Below, in pieces: positions 13,126-26,345 of a DNA stretch of 64,000 nucleotides. The position numbers were made by a program, and so were the translations under genes. Location of the stretch: contig NC_042997.1 in NCBI RefSeq assembly GCF_006345805.1, forward strand, positions 158,596,001 to 158,660,000. The letters are read 5' to 3'. The stretch comes from Octopus sinensis. Its lineage: Eukaryota. The notes beneath the pieces are model-generated. The model saw only the letters and a program-made list of their open reading frames with translations, searched no databases and was not told the origin of the DNA. How positions within the stretch are numbered: position 1 is the stretch's first letter; every line of letters begins with the position of its first letter.

Positions 13126-14166
13126 AAAAATGAACTAAAAGAAATAACTCAGATTTGCCAGTAGCATGTATAGGAACAATACTGATAAGAAGAGTTATAT
13201 CAATGACTTTTAGCTATTTTTTAAAATTCATACAAATTATATCGGCAATAAATGCATTATGCTCTTACTGTATATGAATTTGTCCCTCTTATTGTATGTG
13301 ACTTTGTCCTCTGTAATTTCTTATAATACAGCGGTACGCAGTTGCTATTTGGTAATAACGACGCATCCTCAGCAGACAGTGATGATTTTACTAAATCAAG
13401 GGTTTATGTTTCATAGCACTATAATTTTGTCGAAAATTTGTAGCTTATTTCATGTTGTACTCGTAAATAATATTAGCGTCTAGTTTTAAGTGGAGTGTTT
13501 CGTTAGATTCTTTATCCGTAGCTGTTAGATATATTAAATTTTAATCTTTATTATTTACTCATGTTTTACTAAATTGTCTTTTTTCTTTACTTTCTACGTT
13601 GTTTATGTTCTCAACACGATTAACAGAGACGAATCCTTACTAGTTTTAATAACATTGAATCTTTTGAGTTTAAATTAACTCTTTTCATGTATCGCCCACA
13701 TCCAAAACACTACGCATATATGATGTATAGAAGTGAATGCATTTGCAAATAAACGTCGTGTGTGTTTGTGTGTTTGCTTGTATGTGTGCGTGGGCGCGTG
13801 ACTGTAAGTGTGAGTACATGCGTACCTTCTTCTTTCTCAATGTGTTGAGTATGCTGGCTACATTTGTTTGTGTTTGCTCGTGTATGTGATCTTGAATGCG
13901 GAAAATTCACGAAATACAGATGCTGGTTTAAAGCATGGCATGAACTAGAAGAACTGCGCATTTGAAAATACAAAAAAGCAAAAATGATGTCGTGATGAAT
14001 AAAAAAAATAATAATAATTTCAAGTGATTCTGGAGATAAAAATCACATTTTGGTACTTGTAAGTAATCGTCAAAAGATTATTCCATGTTTTTTTTTTTAA
14101 AGTTTTTTTATAGAGTTTCAGTATTGGATCTGCTTAAACACATTGTACTATTTTGAGCATCGAAAA

Positions 14167-14576
14167 CGGCGAGCTGGCAGAAACGTTAGCACGCCGGGCG
14201 AAATGTTTACCGGTATTTCGTCTGCCGCTACGTTCTGAGTTCAAATTCCACCGAGGTCGACTTTGCCTTTCATCCATTCTGGGTCGATTAAATAAGTACC
14301 ACTTACGCACTGGGGTCGATATAATCGACTTAATACGTTTGTCTGTCCTTGTTTGTCCTCTCTGTTTAGCGTCTCGTGGGTAATAAGGAAATAGGTATTT
14401 CGTCTACCGCTACGTTCTGAGTTCAAATTCCACCGAGGTCGACTTTGTCTTTCATCCTTTCGGGGTCGATTAAATAAGTACCAGTTATGCACTGGGGTTG
14501 ATATAATCTACTTAATCCGTTTGTCTGTCCTTGTTTGTCCCCGCTATGTTTAGCCTCTTGTAGGCAATAAAGAAAT
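14167..14576 (+). mobile_element. Dimeric SINE family A (full monomer plus headless second monomer)
   Basis: Monomer 1 14167-14393; monomer 2 starts at ggtatttcgtc (about 14394) and ends tatgtttagcctcttgtaggcaataaagaaat. Confidence 0.9.
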
Positions 14577-14579
14577 GAG

Positions 14580-14910
14580 AAACATTAGCATGCCGGGCGA
14601 AAGGCTTACCGGTATTTCGTCTGTCTTTATGTTCTGAGTTCAAATTCCGCCGCGGTCTACTTTTCCTTTCGTCCTTGCGGGGTCGAAAATTAAGTACTAG
14701 TTGCGTACTGGGGTCGATCTAATCGACTGGCCCCCTCCCCAAAAATTTCGGGCCTTGTGCCTAGATTAGAAAAAAAAAAACGTTAGCACCCGGTCGAAAT
14801 GCTTAGCGGTATTTCGTCTGCCACTACGTTCTGAGTTCAAATTCCGCCGAGGTCGACTTTGCCTTTCATCCTTACGGGGTCAATTAAATAAGTACCAGTT
14901 ACGCACTGGG
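14580..14910 (+). mobile_element. Two further SINE family A copies, the last truncated at gcactgggg
   Basis: gttctgagttcaaattccgccg...ggggtcga at 14580-14770 and 14780-14910. Confidence 0.9.
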
Positions 14911-15380
14911 GAGGTATTGATAAATCGGCTATAGCTGATCATGAATGGAGAAATGGAGACCACCTCCTCCTGTGGGATGAAGTTAAAATAATAGACAGAG
15001 AACATCACTGGAAAATACGAAAACTAAAAGAAACAGCACATATGCTAGGACATAACAACCTCCTAAGCAGAGCGAGTGCAGATATGAGCAGCATATGGGA
15101 ACCTGTATTAAGGAACGATAGAAAAATATTAAATTTATTAACCCTAAAATTTACTCCATAATTGTCCACGGTCATATGGCGTAGGGGTTAAGAACGCTGG
15201 CTACTAACCCCATGATTCCGATACCTTAGGAATAAGAACCCAGGTTCGAAATTTCCCCAAGACACCTAAAGAAGGCTGGAGGGTATATTAGCCGAAACGT
15301 TGTGTTAACAAACAGCATGAGGACAAATATCCGTCGAATGTAAATAATGTACTTAATTCCTCATCTCTTAAATATAGAGT
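14911..15380 (+). mobile_element. 5'-truncated Penelope-like element: GIY-YIG C-terminus plus terminal repeat with degenerate HHR
   Basis: Open frame KSAIADHEWRNGDHLLLWDEVKIIDREHHWKIRKLKETAHMLGHNNLLSRASADMSSIWEPVL (PLE SAxAEH...WxxVKIIDRE..W..RKxKE...SxIWxPxL); then the same terminal repeat as 48815-48975. Confidence 0.85.
15261..15306 (+). ncRNA. Hammerhead motif, core mutated (CTAAAGA)
   Basis: gacac-CTAAAGA-a-ggctg(gagggtatat)tagcc-GAAA-CGTT-gtgtt; stems retained, core broken relative to the 48613 and 48844 copies. Confidence 0.7.
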
Positions 15381-15734
15381 TGAGGATGAAATTTTAAAAT
15401 TAAATCTATCACGCAGTAGATTTTATTTTTTATTATCGTGCGTTATAAGTAGTGTTAATTTATTTATTTTTCATTTATTGCACACAGTTTATATTTCTGA
15501 ACAACGCATGTTTCAGAAGCGTTTATTTCTAGAGCAATATAACATAATATTTTCCTTTGTATTTGCGTGTATATGTGCGGTATGCGTTTTTCATACTTGT
15601 TAGTGAGTGTGTTGTGCGTGTTTATACATGCGCACTTGGATATATATAATTCATGTTCCACCATGTGCAAGCGTACATACTGAATTATTTCTCAGAACAT
15701 ACTACGTTCGTCTCCTTGCAGCTTTCACCCTCCA

Positions 15735-16137
15735 CTTGTTTTAGCCATTAGACTGCGGCCGTGCTGGGGCACCGATTGAAGGGCTTTTAGTCGGGCGAAT
15801 GGACACCAGTACATTATTTAAAGCCTGGTATTTATTTTATTGGTAAATTTAACCGCTAAGTTACGGGGACATACACGAACCAACACCGGTTGTCAAACGC
15901 TAGTGGGGACAAACATATACACGAAGACATACGCGTGCGCATGCACGCATACACGCACATATATGTACATACACGACGGGTTTCTTTCAGTTTCCGTTCA
16001 CCAAATCCACTCATAAGGCTTTGGTCGGCCCGGTGCTATAGTAAAAGGCACCTACCCAAGTTGCCATGCAGTAAGACTGAACCCCGGAATCATGGGCTTC
16101 GGAAGCAAACTCCTTACTGCCCAGCCACGCCTGCACC
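15735..16137 (-). mobile_element. SINE family B, near full length
   Basis: Colinear with the reverse complement of 29383-29785. Confidence 0.9.
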
Positions 16138-16174
16138 TTATAAATGATAAAGATCATTCCCGTGTCATATAGAG

Positions 16175-16370
16175 CCCGTACGGCTGGTTTCTCGGTTTCC
16201 ATGGTTCAATATATTCCCCGCTAGACAGGACGGGAATACTCATTTTTGCAAACTGAGAGAGCTGCAGCAACGTGGAATGAAGTGTTTTCTCTCAAAAACA
16301 CAATGCATCGCTATGTCCAGGAATCGAGACCACGGTCCAGCATCCATATCCACTAAGCCACGGGCCATGA
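16175..16370 (-). mobile_element. SINE family C fragment
   Basis: Minus strand gtggcttagtgg...tctcgattcctgg...aaacacttcattccacgttgctgcag; tRNA-like A/B-box head. Confidence 0.65.
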
Positions 16371-16717
16371 GTCTAACATCCATTTACAGTAAGCTACGCG
16401 CCTCCACGTTCAGAATATTTGTTTGTATATGTTTTACATAGAAATTTCAGGTTTTTCTGTAGATTTCGAAGGTTTGTCATTTTTAAAATGGTAGAATGTT
16501 ATTTCAATGAGTTTTGGTGACTATTTATAGCTGATCGAGCCACTCAGAAGACCCCTTTACTTCCCATAATTTGTAATTGAAAATAGTGGGTACTTTTGTA
16601 TCTATGTCTCATTTCTGTTGTGATCTCTCAATCAATCCCGAGTGAGCAGATGTCAAAGGTCAAAAATCCCATTCCTAACGACTATTTTATTTTATGAATA
16701 TTTAGGATTATATTAAA

Positions 16718-16925
16718 GCAGTGAGCCGGTAAAACTGTTAGCACGCTGAGCAGAATACTTAGCAGTATTTCGTCCGTCTTTACGTTCTAGTTCAAATACC
16801 GCTGAGGTCGACGTTGCCTTCCCTCTATCCAAGTCGATAAAATAAATACCAGTGGACACAGGGGGAGTCGATTTAATTGACTTGACACATTCTCCGTAAT
16901 TCCCAGTCTTGTGCCAAAATTGTTT
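16718..16925 (+). mobile_element. SINE family A
   Basis: gttagcacgctgagcagaatacttagcagtatttcgtccgtctttacgttctagttcaaataccgctgaggtcgac. Confidence 0.85.
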
Positions 16926-17964
16926 CATGTGTCCTGTCACATTGTAATTCGATAGGCGCTGATACCAGAGAGATTTGACTACTATGCGCATTGAGTCCAG
17001 CAACAATATCTATCAGGGTTAACTGAGGTGTACTTGGGTATCTCTTAATTTTTGTACATGAAGTTAATTTATTGATAGAGTATATCAAACCAGTGTAGTT
17101 GGTATTACTTTACATCATTAGGACTGGACTGAAAGTGATGTCCTATCACAAGAGTCATTCCCACCGTGCCATACAGCCTTTACTTGTACATATATGTCCG
17201 TGTATTGTTTGCATTTCTGTGTGATCATATATGTATGAAGGTATGTATGAATTGTGTCGTATTATATGGTATTGCATTGTATGCATGATACAAATGTCAA
17301 TAATTCTCTATCGATCGGCCTGTATTGCCGACAATAATCTTGTTCGAATATAAAGAATACTTAAGAGCTCGACTAAACTTTCAATTTTGTCGTTTATGTC
17401 CCATTGAGACCATGGTATTTGATGATTAACAATAGGCATCAAAGGGTTAACATAAACATCACTCGAATATGTAAAGTAAGTTTATGAGGATTCAGTGAGA
17501 TTCGGTTATGATTGATCTACTTCTCGTCAGAGTTCATGTAACAAAGATTCCCGAGACGATTATTGACACAAATCTGATATGAAATTTATTAATTCGAAAC
17601 AATCGTATGTTCGATAATAGAATCGTTGTGCCGATAACATTAGACTTCTCGGATTGCATTCTACAGCAACAGCCTATCTGTTTAAGAAATAAACATATTG
17701 ATACTGCGCATATGTATAACTATATATTTATATAAACATCGAACTACATATATATGTATGTATAATTGTATGCATGTATGTATCTATGTATATATGCATG
17801 TATGTTTGTATCGATGAATGATTGAATAAAACTGGAACTTCGTTTCGTTGTTTCCTCAAGAAAAACTGCTTATTGTCATTGTTCTTTTGAATTTCTTTTA
17901 CTTATCTGTGATAGTACTGCTACGTAGGTTATTCTGTTCCTTGGTGCTTATTCTGATCCTTAAC

Positions 17965-17965
<1 letters not shown>

Positions 17966-18040
<75 letters not shown>

Positions 18041-18058
18041 CATAGATAGATAGATAGA
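17966..18058. repeat. (GATA)n tetranucleotide microsatellite
   Basis: Direct reading. Confidence 0.97.
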
Positions 18059-18153
18059 GATAACTCTTTGTAAACAATCATAGTTCCAGACGGTCGAACT
18101 GATCCTCTATGACAGTTATGAAATATCTATCTGTCTGCACACACATACATTTT

Positions 18154-18210
<57 letters not shown>

Positions 18211-18239
18211 CATGCGTGCGTGTGTGCATGTGTGTGTGT

Positions 18240-18372
18240 ATACAACGGGCTTTTAATTTCCGTGTACCAACTCCACTCACAAAGCTTTCGACGGCCCGAG
18301 GTTATAGCAAAAGACACTCGCACAAAATGCCACGCAGGGAACTTAACTCGGAAATATTGTTTAGAAGGAAAC
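18240..18372 (-). mobile_element. SINE family B, 5' part
   Basis: ccactcacaaagctttcgacggcccgaggttatagcaaaagacactcgcacaaaatgccacgcaggga. Confidence 0.8.
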
Positions 18373-18943
18373 TCATTACCACAAAGCTACGTTGTCGGAG
18401 ATAAGTAAAATATATATAAAAGGACAGTACATACATGCACTATATACAGTCTCAAACGCGCACGCATGTGCATGCAGAAGCACGTACACACCCAACCAAC
18501 CTTCCACACTATCCCTTAAAATAGCAAACATTTCTTAGCTACACACAAGACAGAAAATATCAGATAGGCAGGTCAGTTATTCCTCTCCAATTTTTTGTAA
18601 ATTCTCAAATATATCTCCTTCCGTATATATATATACTACCACACAAACATGATTTTTATTGAACTCAAAATACTTATTGTATTTCCTTTCATGAACACTT
18701 TCATGTAAACTGCTTTTAACATTATCATATTATTATCAAAGACCGTATAACTGTATTTTGATACCTTTGTGATAACCATTTTTTATAACAACAAAACTTA
18801 TTCAAAACTTACGTTTTACTTTTCTTAATCCTTTTCTAAAATAGTGAAACTGGACAAGTCAATAAACCTCTCTAAAAGACCTTTACATTTCAAACCTTTT
18901 TTCATATATATTTTCAATCATGCGGTACCTTACAACTTTACTT

Positions 18944-18986
<43 letters not shown>

Positions 18987-20189
18987 ATATAAATGTATGT
19001 ATGTGTGTGTCTATGTATATGTATATATACATAATATATATGTACGCATATATGCTAGTGTATATATATTGACACTCAGCTGGTGATTCGATCCTTCAAT
19101 CGATATGATCAATCAGGGAATAGCAAAAATGATTGATGTGTGACCAACAGAGGTTGTGGCGAGAAGTGTTTGTTTTATCTTTTCGACTGTCCAAACTACT
19201 AGTGCAAAGACCGCAAAGGAAATAAATAGATCTGAACATTGAAATTTCTTGTAGAGTATATAAAATATACGAACAGTTTTTTCAGATTCACCCCATTTCT
19301 TTGCAAGTTTAATATGTAGACCTCAGTCTAATGCAGCCGCTAAATACTTAATAGGCTTTTAAAATCATGTTAGATTTACGAAACCATCACCCTTTAACAC
19401 AACTATTATATTGGCTACTGTATACTTTTTATTTATAAATAAGAAAGCAGATGTGCCGTATTTATTTTCAAAGTCAATATTGTTATTGCAAATACAAGTA
19501 AACGCTTAAACTTCCGCACAAAAAGAAATATAGACTTTAGCGGATTGTTGGAATAAGCTTAACCACAATTCCTTGATCGATCTGCCATGTAAAGCTAATC
19601 TTACTTCTAAACTGCAATGGAGATCAGCAAGGTAAAAACAAAAATGAATATTCTGAATGTTAAGCGAGATTATCCGTTAAAAAAATATCTACTGATATAC
19701 CCAAGGAAAGCTTTACTGAAGAATTTACAAGAAATTCTACTCATGATATTATTTATGTTGATTCAGTAGAAATTATATGTGATTTGCAAGTGACCTCCTT
19801 GACTCGGTTTCAATCCATATTAACATTTTTGATTCCGCCAAGCGAAGATGTAATTTTTTTCATTGATTTTGAATTAGTTGTAAGAAAAGAAACATACAGC
19901 CAAACATACCACTGTAACACCAAAATAATATATAATTCCAAATATAGTAATATTATATTCTGTAAATTCGGGTAAAATCATATCTTGCAACTGAAATTAG
20001 CTTGATCGAAACTTTAGAAACACCTGTCGAAAGGATTACATCTGTAATTTAAAAACTGTGTCAATCATGTTAAGGGTACGTGTGTCTACACACGTGTCAA
20101 CTGCGAGAATCATGTTAAGGGTACGCGTGTCTATACACGTGTCAAACTCTTACACATTAATTAAAGAGAAGATAGCCAGATAAATGGTA

Positions 20190-21450
20190 AGTCTAATGTT
20201 AAGTTTACGCAGTTTGATATCGTGGGCTTTACCTCCAACCCACCGACATCGAGACCTTTGCTAGATAAAGGAATGGAGTTGGCTAGAAAGCAAATCAACT
20301 ATTACCTAACAGAAAATACGTTCATCAAGCAAGCACGGAAAGTTTTCTCTTTTGAAAGTCTGCAGTATTGATCAATAAATCCAAACTGGAAAAATTGTGT
20401 GATGGATTCGTAGCTGCTTGTTTTTCTGGGATTTGTCAAATAGATGTAGATGACTCTCACGAGAGTCCATAAAAAATTGAAAATCTATTAAGGTTGTTTA
20501 TCATGTTTTCAATCTACAGAGAAAGGGCTTAATTAATCCTGTTTATTTAGGTGGTATATAGTTTACATATATTTGATCTAGTTGGGCTTTTAAAAGGTAC
20601 ACAATAGGTTACATTTACGTGATATTGTTGGGTTTTAAAATAGATATCCTAAAAACCGCGTTCACTTCCCAAGATAATGAATTTTACCTAGATTATGCAA
20701 TAGAAAAATCTCATGGCTGTGGTACCCATACACTAGATAGCTTTAGGAAAATCTAACTGTTTTTAACAATATAGGTCACCAAATCACAGTAGCTACAAAC
20801 CTCGCTAAAATACCTTCTTAGCTGTTTCCTGGGACCTAGCTTTACAGATTTATAAGCGCTACCATAAACTTATATATATATATATATACAGTTTTGCGAC
20901 CATCCTGTCGTCCTAAAAACAGTATAATTAAATTTAAGTAGGATTTCTAAACTATCTTCATCCAAAGAAATTTTCCGTAAGATAGCCCCAAAATCTAATA
21001 GCACTCTGGTTGACGGTGGCTTTAAAGAGAAGATATCCTCCACTCCGATCAAAATAAAATAAACCTAAAGTGCATCCAGGAAAGTTATGATTTGATTTCT
21101 CTTTCTCGTTGAATATCCAGACTAATAATATAGGTACAAATTCCCTCAGCACTGATATTTCCTTGACACGCATAGATAGAACAACATTTACAATAGTTGT
21201 TCCGTGAAAGTTTTCCTACAGCTGCGACTCTGATATCACATAAGGCAACCAAAATTCACATCCAACTCTGCAAATTTAGGAAGCCAGATATTTTCCCATC
21301 AGACCATGTATATATGATTAGCTTAGTTCAGTCGTCGAGAAAAAATAATGGACTGTATGAAAGTGACCTCCGAAAGAAATATTCCAACAATCAATCGCGT
21401 TTCAAACATCTAGTCAAAAGAGAAAAGCACAAAGCTAATAATATCTAGAA
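20190..21450 (+). mobile_element. Degenerate Penelope-like retroelement (RT, linker and GIY-YIG remnants; Naiad/Neptune-like)
   Basis: Ordered fragments across frameshifts: KFTQFDIVGFY, IKQARKVFSF, GHQITVATNL, GGFKEKI, FSLNIQTNNIG, SVKV/SYSC, GLYESDLRKKYSNNQSRF; correspond to PLE FDIxxFYP, ARKSLLF, GLKITIxTNL, SGF, PFSxNVxTNIG, TVKVSYSC, FKxRYxNH. Confidence 0.72.
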
Positions 21451-22077
21451 TCTGAAGGACAGCATATACAAAACACTAGAATGTCTGTGGAGTGTAGAGT
21501 GTCTGTTTAGATAGAAGTCTCTGTGCAGTGCTTAGTCATTAATCAGTAAATGTATATATACACTCACACACGCACCCACATTCGATATAGATAGACAGAT
21601 ATACAATGTATTGCAGTATTCACACAGGCAACTTCGACATTCAACATTTCAGAGTCGATAAATAAAGTATCATTCTCCTACTATGCTACACTCGTGTGAT
21701 TTCATTCTTACTCTGACCTCGAAAGAGATCCTCTCTAACTGATCCTAAGCAAAGTTGGATTCCGACACATTTATGATGATGTTGAATCTTTGTATGAAAG
21801 ACGGCGATTTTACTATTTTATTGGGTATTAAGTCTCTCTCTCTTACACACACACATACACACACACACACATCATAAGAATCTAGTAACTTCGAAAGACT
21901 CCAAGTAATTCGTTTTTGATAGATAGCACTATGTATAATGGTATGTAAATAATGGGTTAAAAATCCTTTTGAAGAACCAATATTTTCCATGCTATTATTT
22001 ATACATTTCTCTACTTCAAACTCCACCATTAGAAACGAAGTATGTGTGTGTACGCGCGCGAGTGAGAAAGAGGCAGG

Positions 22078-22121
<44 letters not shown>

Positions 22122-22952
22122 AGAGAAGTGCTGTGTGTATAGCAAATAAAGTTTGGAAATTCTAAAGATGGAGTAGATATAAGAAATCATTAACCACCAG
22201 TTTCTCATCGTTAATTCCCAACGCGACCTTAACAGCAATTTTATATCAATAATAGTTTATAGTCAAAAATTTCCTCCTTATAGTTATCGTTATCGAATAC
22301 AATGTCTGAATTTAAACACCTTATCGCAAAATTTATCAAATTCTCTGATTGATTCTTTAAAAAAATACAATGTTTTAACGTCAACTAAAATCATGACAAA
22401 AGATCCTAATGGAATGTCGACTCTCCCTTATCAAATTGTCAATATACAATTCATAATGGTTGTTTTGTTATTGATTCAATTTGATTATTTCAACGAATGT
22501 GACAAGGAAATCTATGTTTCACCGTTTTATTATGCTTAAAATGTTCGTGGTACGTACTTATAGTGCATTAGACAGATTATATTTTTATATCGTTTATTAT
22601 AGACTGCTCTGAATTCCAATATTCATAAACATTTCAACGCATTGATTCATTTATGAGGTGTTTAGTTGATCTGTAACGGAGGCATATTTGAACTGAGATG
22701 ATGTATCAGAATTAAGTACACAGAGTATTACTTAATATTAAATACTTCAGAAATAAATTGTCTCATTTGAAACCTTTTACGTACTATCCCAGTGAAACTG
22801 TAAATGGGCGAGAACTGATTTGTATAAAAAGAGTTAATGACTTGGTAGTTATTGTAACCAATTTAGTTTCTTTACATAATAAATCAAAGAAACTAGATCA
22901 AGAGAACATAGTATTCAAGTATGGATTCATAATATTCGATTGCAATAAAACA

Positions 22953-23672
22953 TCTATATATATAAAACTCAACTTGTGTGTCTGTGTGTGTATCTGTGTG
23001 TGTGTCTGTGTGTTTAACTTCCCGGCACATCTCCTCCTAGCCAACAAAGCGTAGAACCACCAAAAATGGGTCAGTTAAAGTTTAGGCGAATGAAAATTGA
23101 ACTGCGCTATTTCTGTTTCGAAATTCATCTCGCAAGTGCAAAAATCGATAATGTGTTTGTTTAGGCCTTATCCCATGCATTGAATAGTGAGCTTACTCAG
23201 TCAGCTGTTTGACATGAACTGTGTTCACCACGCGTGCAAGCATGCGTAAATTGCATGCAAACTAAAAAATCAAGATATAAAAACGAATTGCCGTAAACAT
23301 TGTAGAAATTCGGCAAAGAAATGAATTTTCGGACTGTAGCCTGGAGGGTTTTTTCGTATTAATCGTTTGGACTTTGTGAACACATACCAATTGTTTTCAT
23401 AACATTTTTAACACTATGAATGAAATGTGACCATTTTGCGTTGAGTCTGCAGTTTGAATCACTTTAACCAAATTTTAGCAGGCCGGATTTTTGATCATCA
23501 CGATACATCGCCAGCGACTCCCTGAAACTCTCTCCTGAAATCCCCGTTGAGAAATCTATATATATAAAACTCAACTTGTGTGTCTGTGTGTGTATCTGTG
23601 TGTGTGTCTGTGTGTTTAACTTTTGGATCTACCAAGTTTCATTATTAAGGATGGAAAGTAGTGTGTAGCAAA
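22953..23672 (+). mobile_element. Two Helitron-type 5' termini with partial bodies
   Basis: A|TCTATATATATAAAACTCAACTTGTGTGTCTGTG... identical for about 68 nt at 22953 and 23555. Confidence 0.7.
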
Positions 23673-24061
23673 TCTATATATATAAAGCTGAAGTTGTCTG
23701 TGTGTGGCAGGTTTGGTATACTTCAATTAACACTATCCCCTTCGAGACCCTGCAGCGCAAGTTGACCAAAATTGAGAGTATGATAGAAGAAGGCTTGCTC
23801 TTCATTCTGTAGATAATAAAATTCAAATCGGACCATGTTAACACCAAAAATTATTTACATCAAAAAGGTGCTTTTTTTCTATGAAAATCCCTATATTTTA
23901 AGATTTTTGACTGCTGTGTCACCATTTTTCGGTGTATTTCGACTGGAAAAATGTTCACTTGAAGAGAATAACAAGTTGCATAATGCAAAATCTTTACTTT
24001 TCAAGAATTCCAATTCTAAAGGGTCGAAACAAACCCAAGCAACACCGGGTGATACTGCTAG
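23673..24061 (+). mobile_element. Non-autonomous Helitron (389 bp)
   Basis: 5' A|TCTATATATATAAAG; 3' acccaagcaacaccgggt hairpin then gatactgCTAG|T; inserted at AT without TSD. Confidence 0.85.
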
Positions 24062-25078
24062 TTATAGATAAAGGAATATCCAGTTCTGAGGAGGTAGTAT
24101 AAACATATTAATATTGGATATTTAATGAGTCAAAATTTGCATGGGTATTACGTCACTGCTTGATCAAGATAGCGTTTTCGTTCAATGACGAACGTAAAAT
24201 ATATCAGAAACACACTTGTTTCCGCTGTAAATTAATACTATTTTCAATATAAATATTCGTAGTTTTTGTGCATTTGGCTTGAATATTTTAGACATGCAAT
24301 GTATTTTCGTAACTCTAACTTTTAATGCGCATACATTTATAATTATATGAAATCTATATTACTATATATATTGAGAAATATTCACTAAGTAGTGGTTGTA
24401 ATGAAATACTTTAAGAGTGGGATTACTGACACGGATGAGCGATGACTGTAACCATAGAGTGAAAGTAGTTGAAACAAGATCTCAGTGGTGGTATCTAAAA
24501 TATCTAAGCTTGTAAGATATCTTTATAGAATATTTTAGAATTTTTGATAATGGTACTACAGCTCGGTGTTGGCTTTAATGACGACTCAATAGTGGTTATA
24601 ATGAAACAGTAGCTTAATGCCACATGAAATGGTTCAAATTTGTAGTGATTGTGATGAAGCAAATCTGTAGTGGGTGTAATGTCTCGACTTTTATGGATAC
24701 AGTATTGGTCTTATTGATATAGTTCTGTTCGATTTATTCAAAACAGCTTAGTGGTGGTTGTAGTGAAATGTGCTTGTAATGAAATAACTTCGCCTTGGTT
24801 CCTCACACAACTTAGAGAGTGTTGTCGTGATGTTGTTCATCAGAGTTTTATAGAATTATGCATTTGCTAGAATGACAGCTTAAGTGTTTGTAATAAAGCA
24901 ACTCAGCGGTGAGAAAGCTGAACCAGCGTCTTCAAATATTAAGCATGAGGTGTTTGTTTAACAGACATGTATATAGATATATACATAAATCACGTGATTC
25001 ATGTTTATATGTATGTATGCGCGTGGCTGTATTATCTCTTTCTACCTATGTGTCTACCCATCTGCCTATATATACATA

Positions 25079-26345
25079 TTGGCTTGTCCGGAAAGTTCGT
25101 GTCGATTTATGGTAGCTTACTTTTCGACTTATTTTAGAACATGGTTGAGTCTATCAAATAGGATTTTACTACAACTCCATTTAGAGCACAGTTTAAGCTA
25201 TCTTTTTGCGGAATAAGGTTTATGTTCCTATAATCTGTGTTAATTCTGTAACCCTTTGAAAGTTCATTTTCAGCACTTGATGCTTTTCTTTCCCCCGTAA
25301 ATTGAAAAATACCACACAAGCAACCTAAGAAATATGCGCAGTTTACGGTGATGTTTCTTTATCCGAAAGAAATACCGAAGTGGTTCGCAAGGTTCGGAAC
25401 TGGAGATTGTAGCCTTATTGATAAAGGGCGATCAGGCAGATCATCCACTACAGACGATGACCAAATGAAGTCATTAATTGAGACTAACCCACATTGCACA
25501 ACCCGAGAATTGGCAGAAAGCCTCAACCTATCAAAATCCGTCGTTCATGAGCACCTGGTAAAGCTTGGGTACACAAATCGCTACGATGTTTGGGTACCAC
25601 ATGAGTTGAGTGAGAAGAACATTTTGCATCGCATTTCCATCTGTGATTCGTTTTATAAACGGAATGAAAACGCGCCTTTTTTTAAAGCAAATTGTGATAG
25701 GTGATGAGAAATGGATTATCTACCGAAATGGTCAGAGAAAGCGATCCTGGAGTAAGCGACATGATCCACCCTTAGCCACCCCAAAAGCGGGTCTTCACTC
25801 TAAAACAGTCTTGCTTTGTGTCTGGTGAGATTGGAAAGTAATTCTGTACTATGAGCTTCTCCCAAGTAGCCAGACAATTAAGTCTGAGAAATACTGCACA
25901 TAACTGGACGAGTTAAAAGCAGCAATTCAAGAGAAACGTCCAGAATTCGCCAACAGGAAGAGTGTTGTTTTCCAACATGATAATGCAAGACCGCACGTTT
26001 TTTGGGAGCCAGACAAAAGCTGCGTAGCTCGGCTGGGATGTGTTACCCCACCCTCCATATTCACCAGATATTGCTCCTTCGGATTTCCACTTATTCAGGT
26101 CTCTGCAGAATAGTCTTAATGGTAAAAATTTCAATTCTTTGGATGACGTAAAAAGATACCTTGATGAATTCTTTGCCATGAAACCACCTCAACTCTGGAA
26201 AGAGAGTATTTTCAAGTTAAAGCAAAGATGGAGACGCATTGTGCAACAAAATGGTTCATATTTGGTTGATTAAAAATGTAATGGCAAGTATTTACTGGTC
26301 TTTTTCTTCCTTTAAAAATCAGAACGAACTTTCCGGACAACCCAA
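25079..26345 (+). mobile_element. Full-length dead mariner transposon (1267 bp), different family from 7697
   Basis: TIRs ttggcttgtccggaaagttcgtgtcgattt / aaatcagaacgaactttccggacaacccaa; TA on both sides; transposase motifs WVPHEL, IGDEKW, HDNARP, YSPDIAPSDFHLF with frameshifts and stops. Confidence 0.97.
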
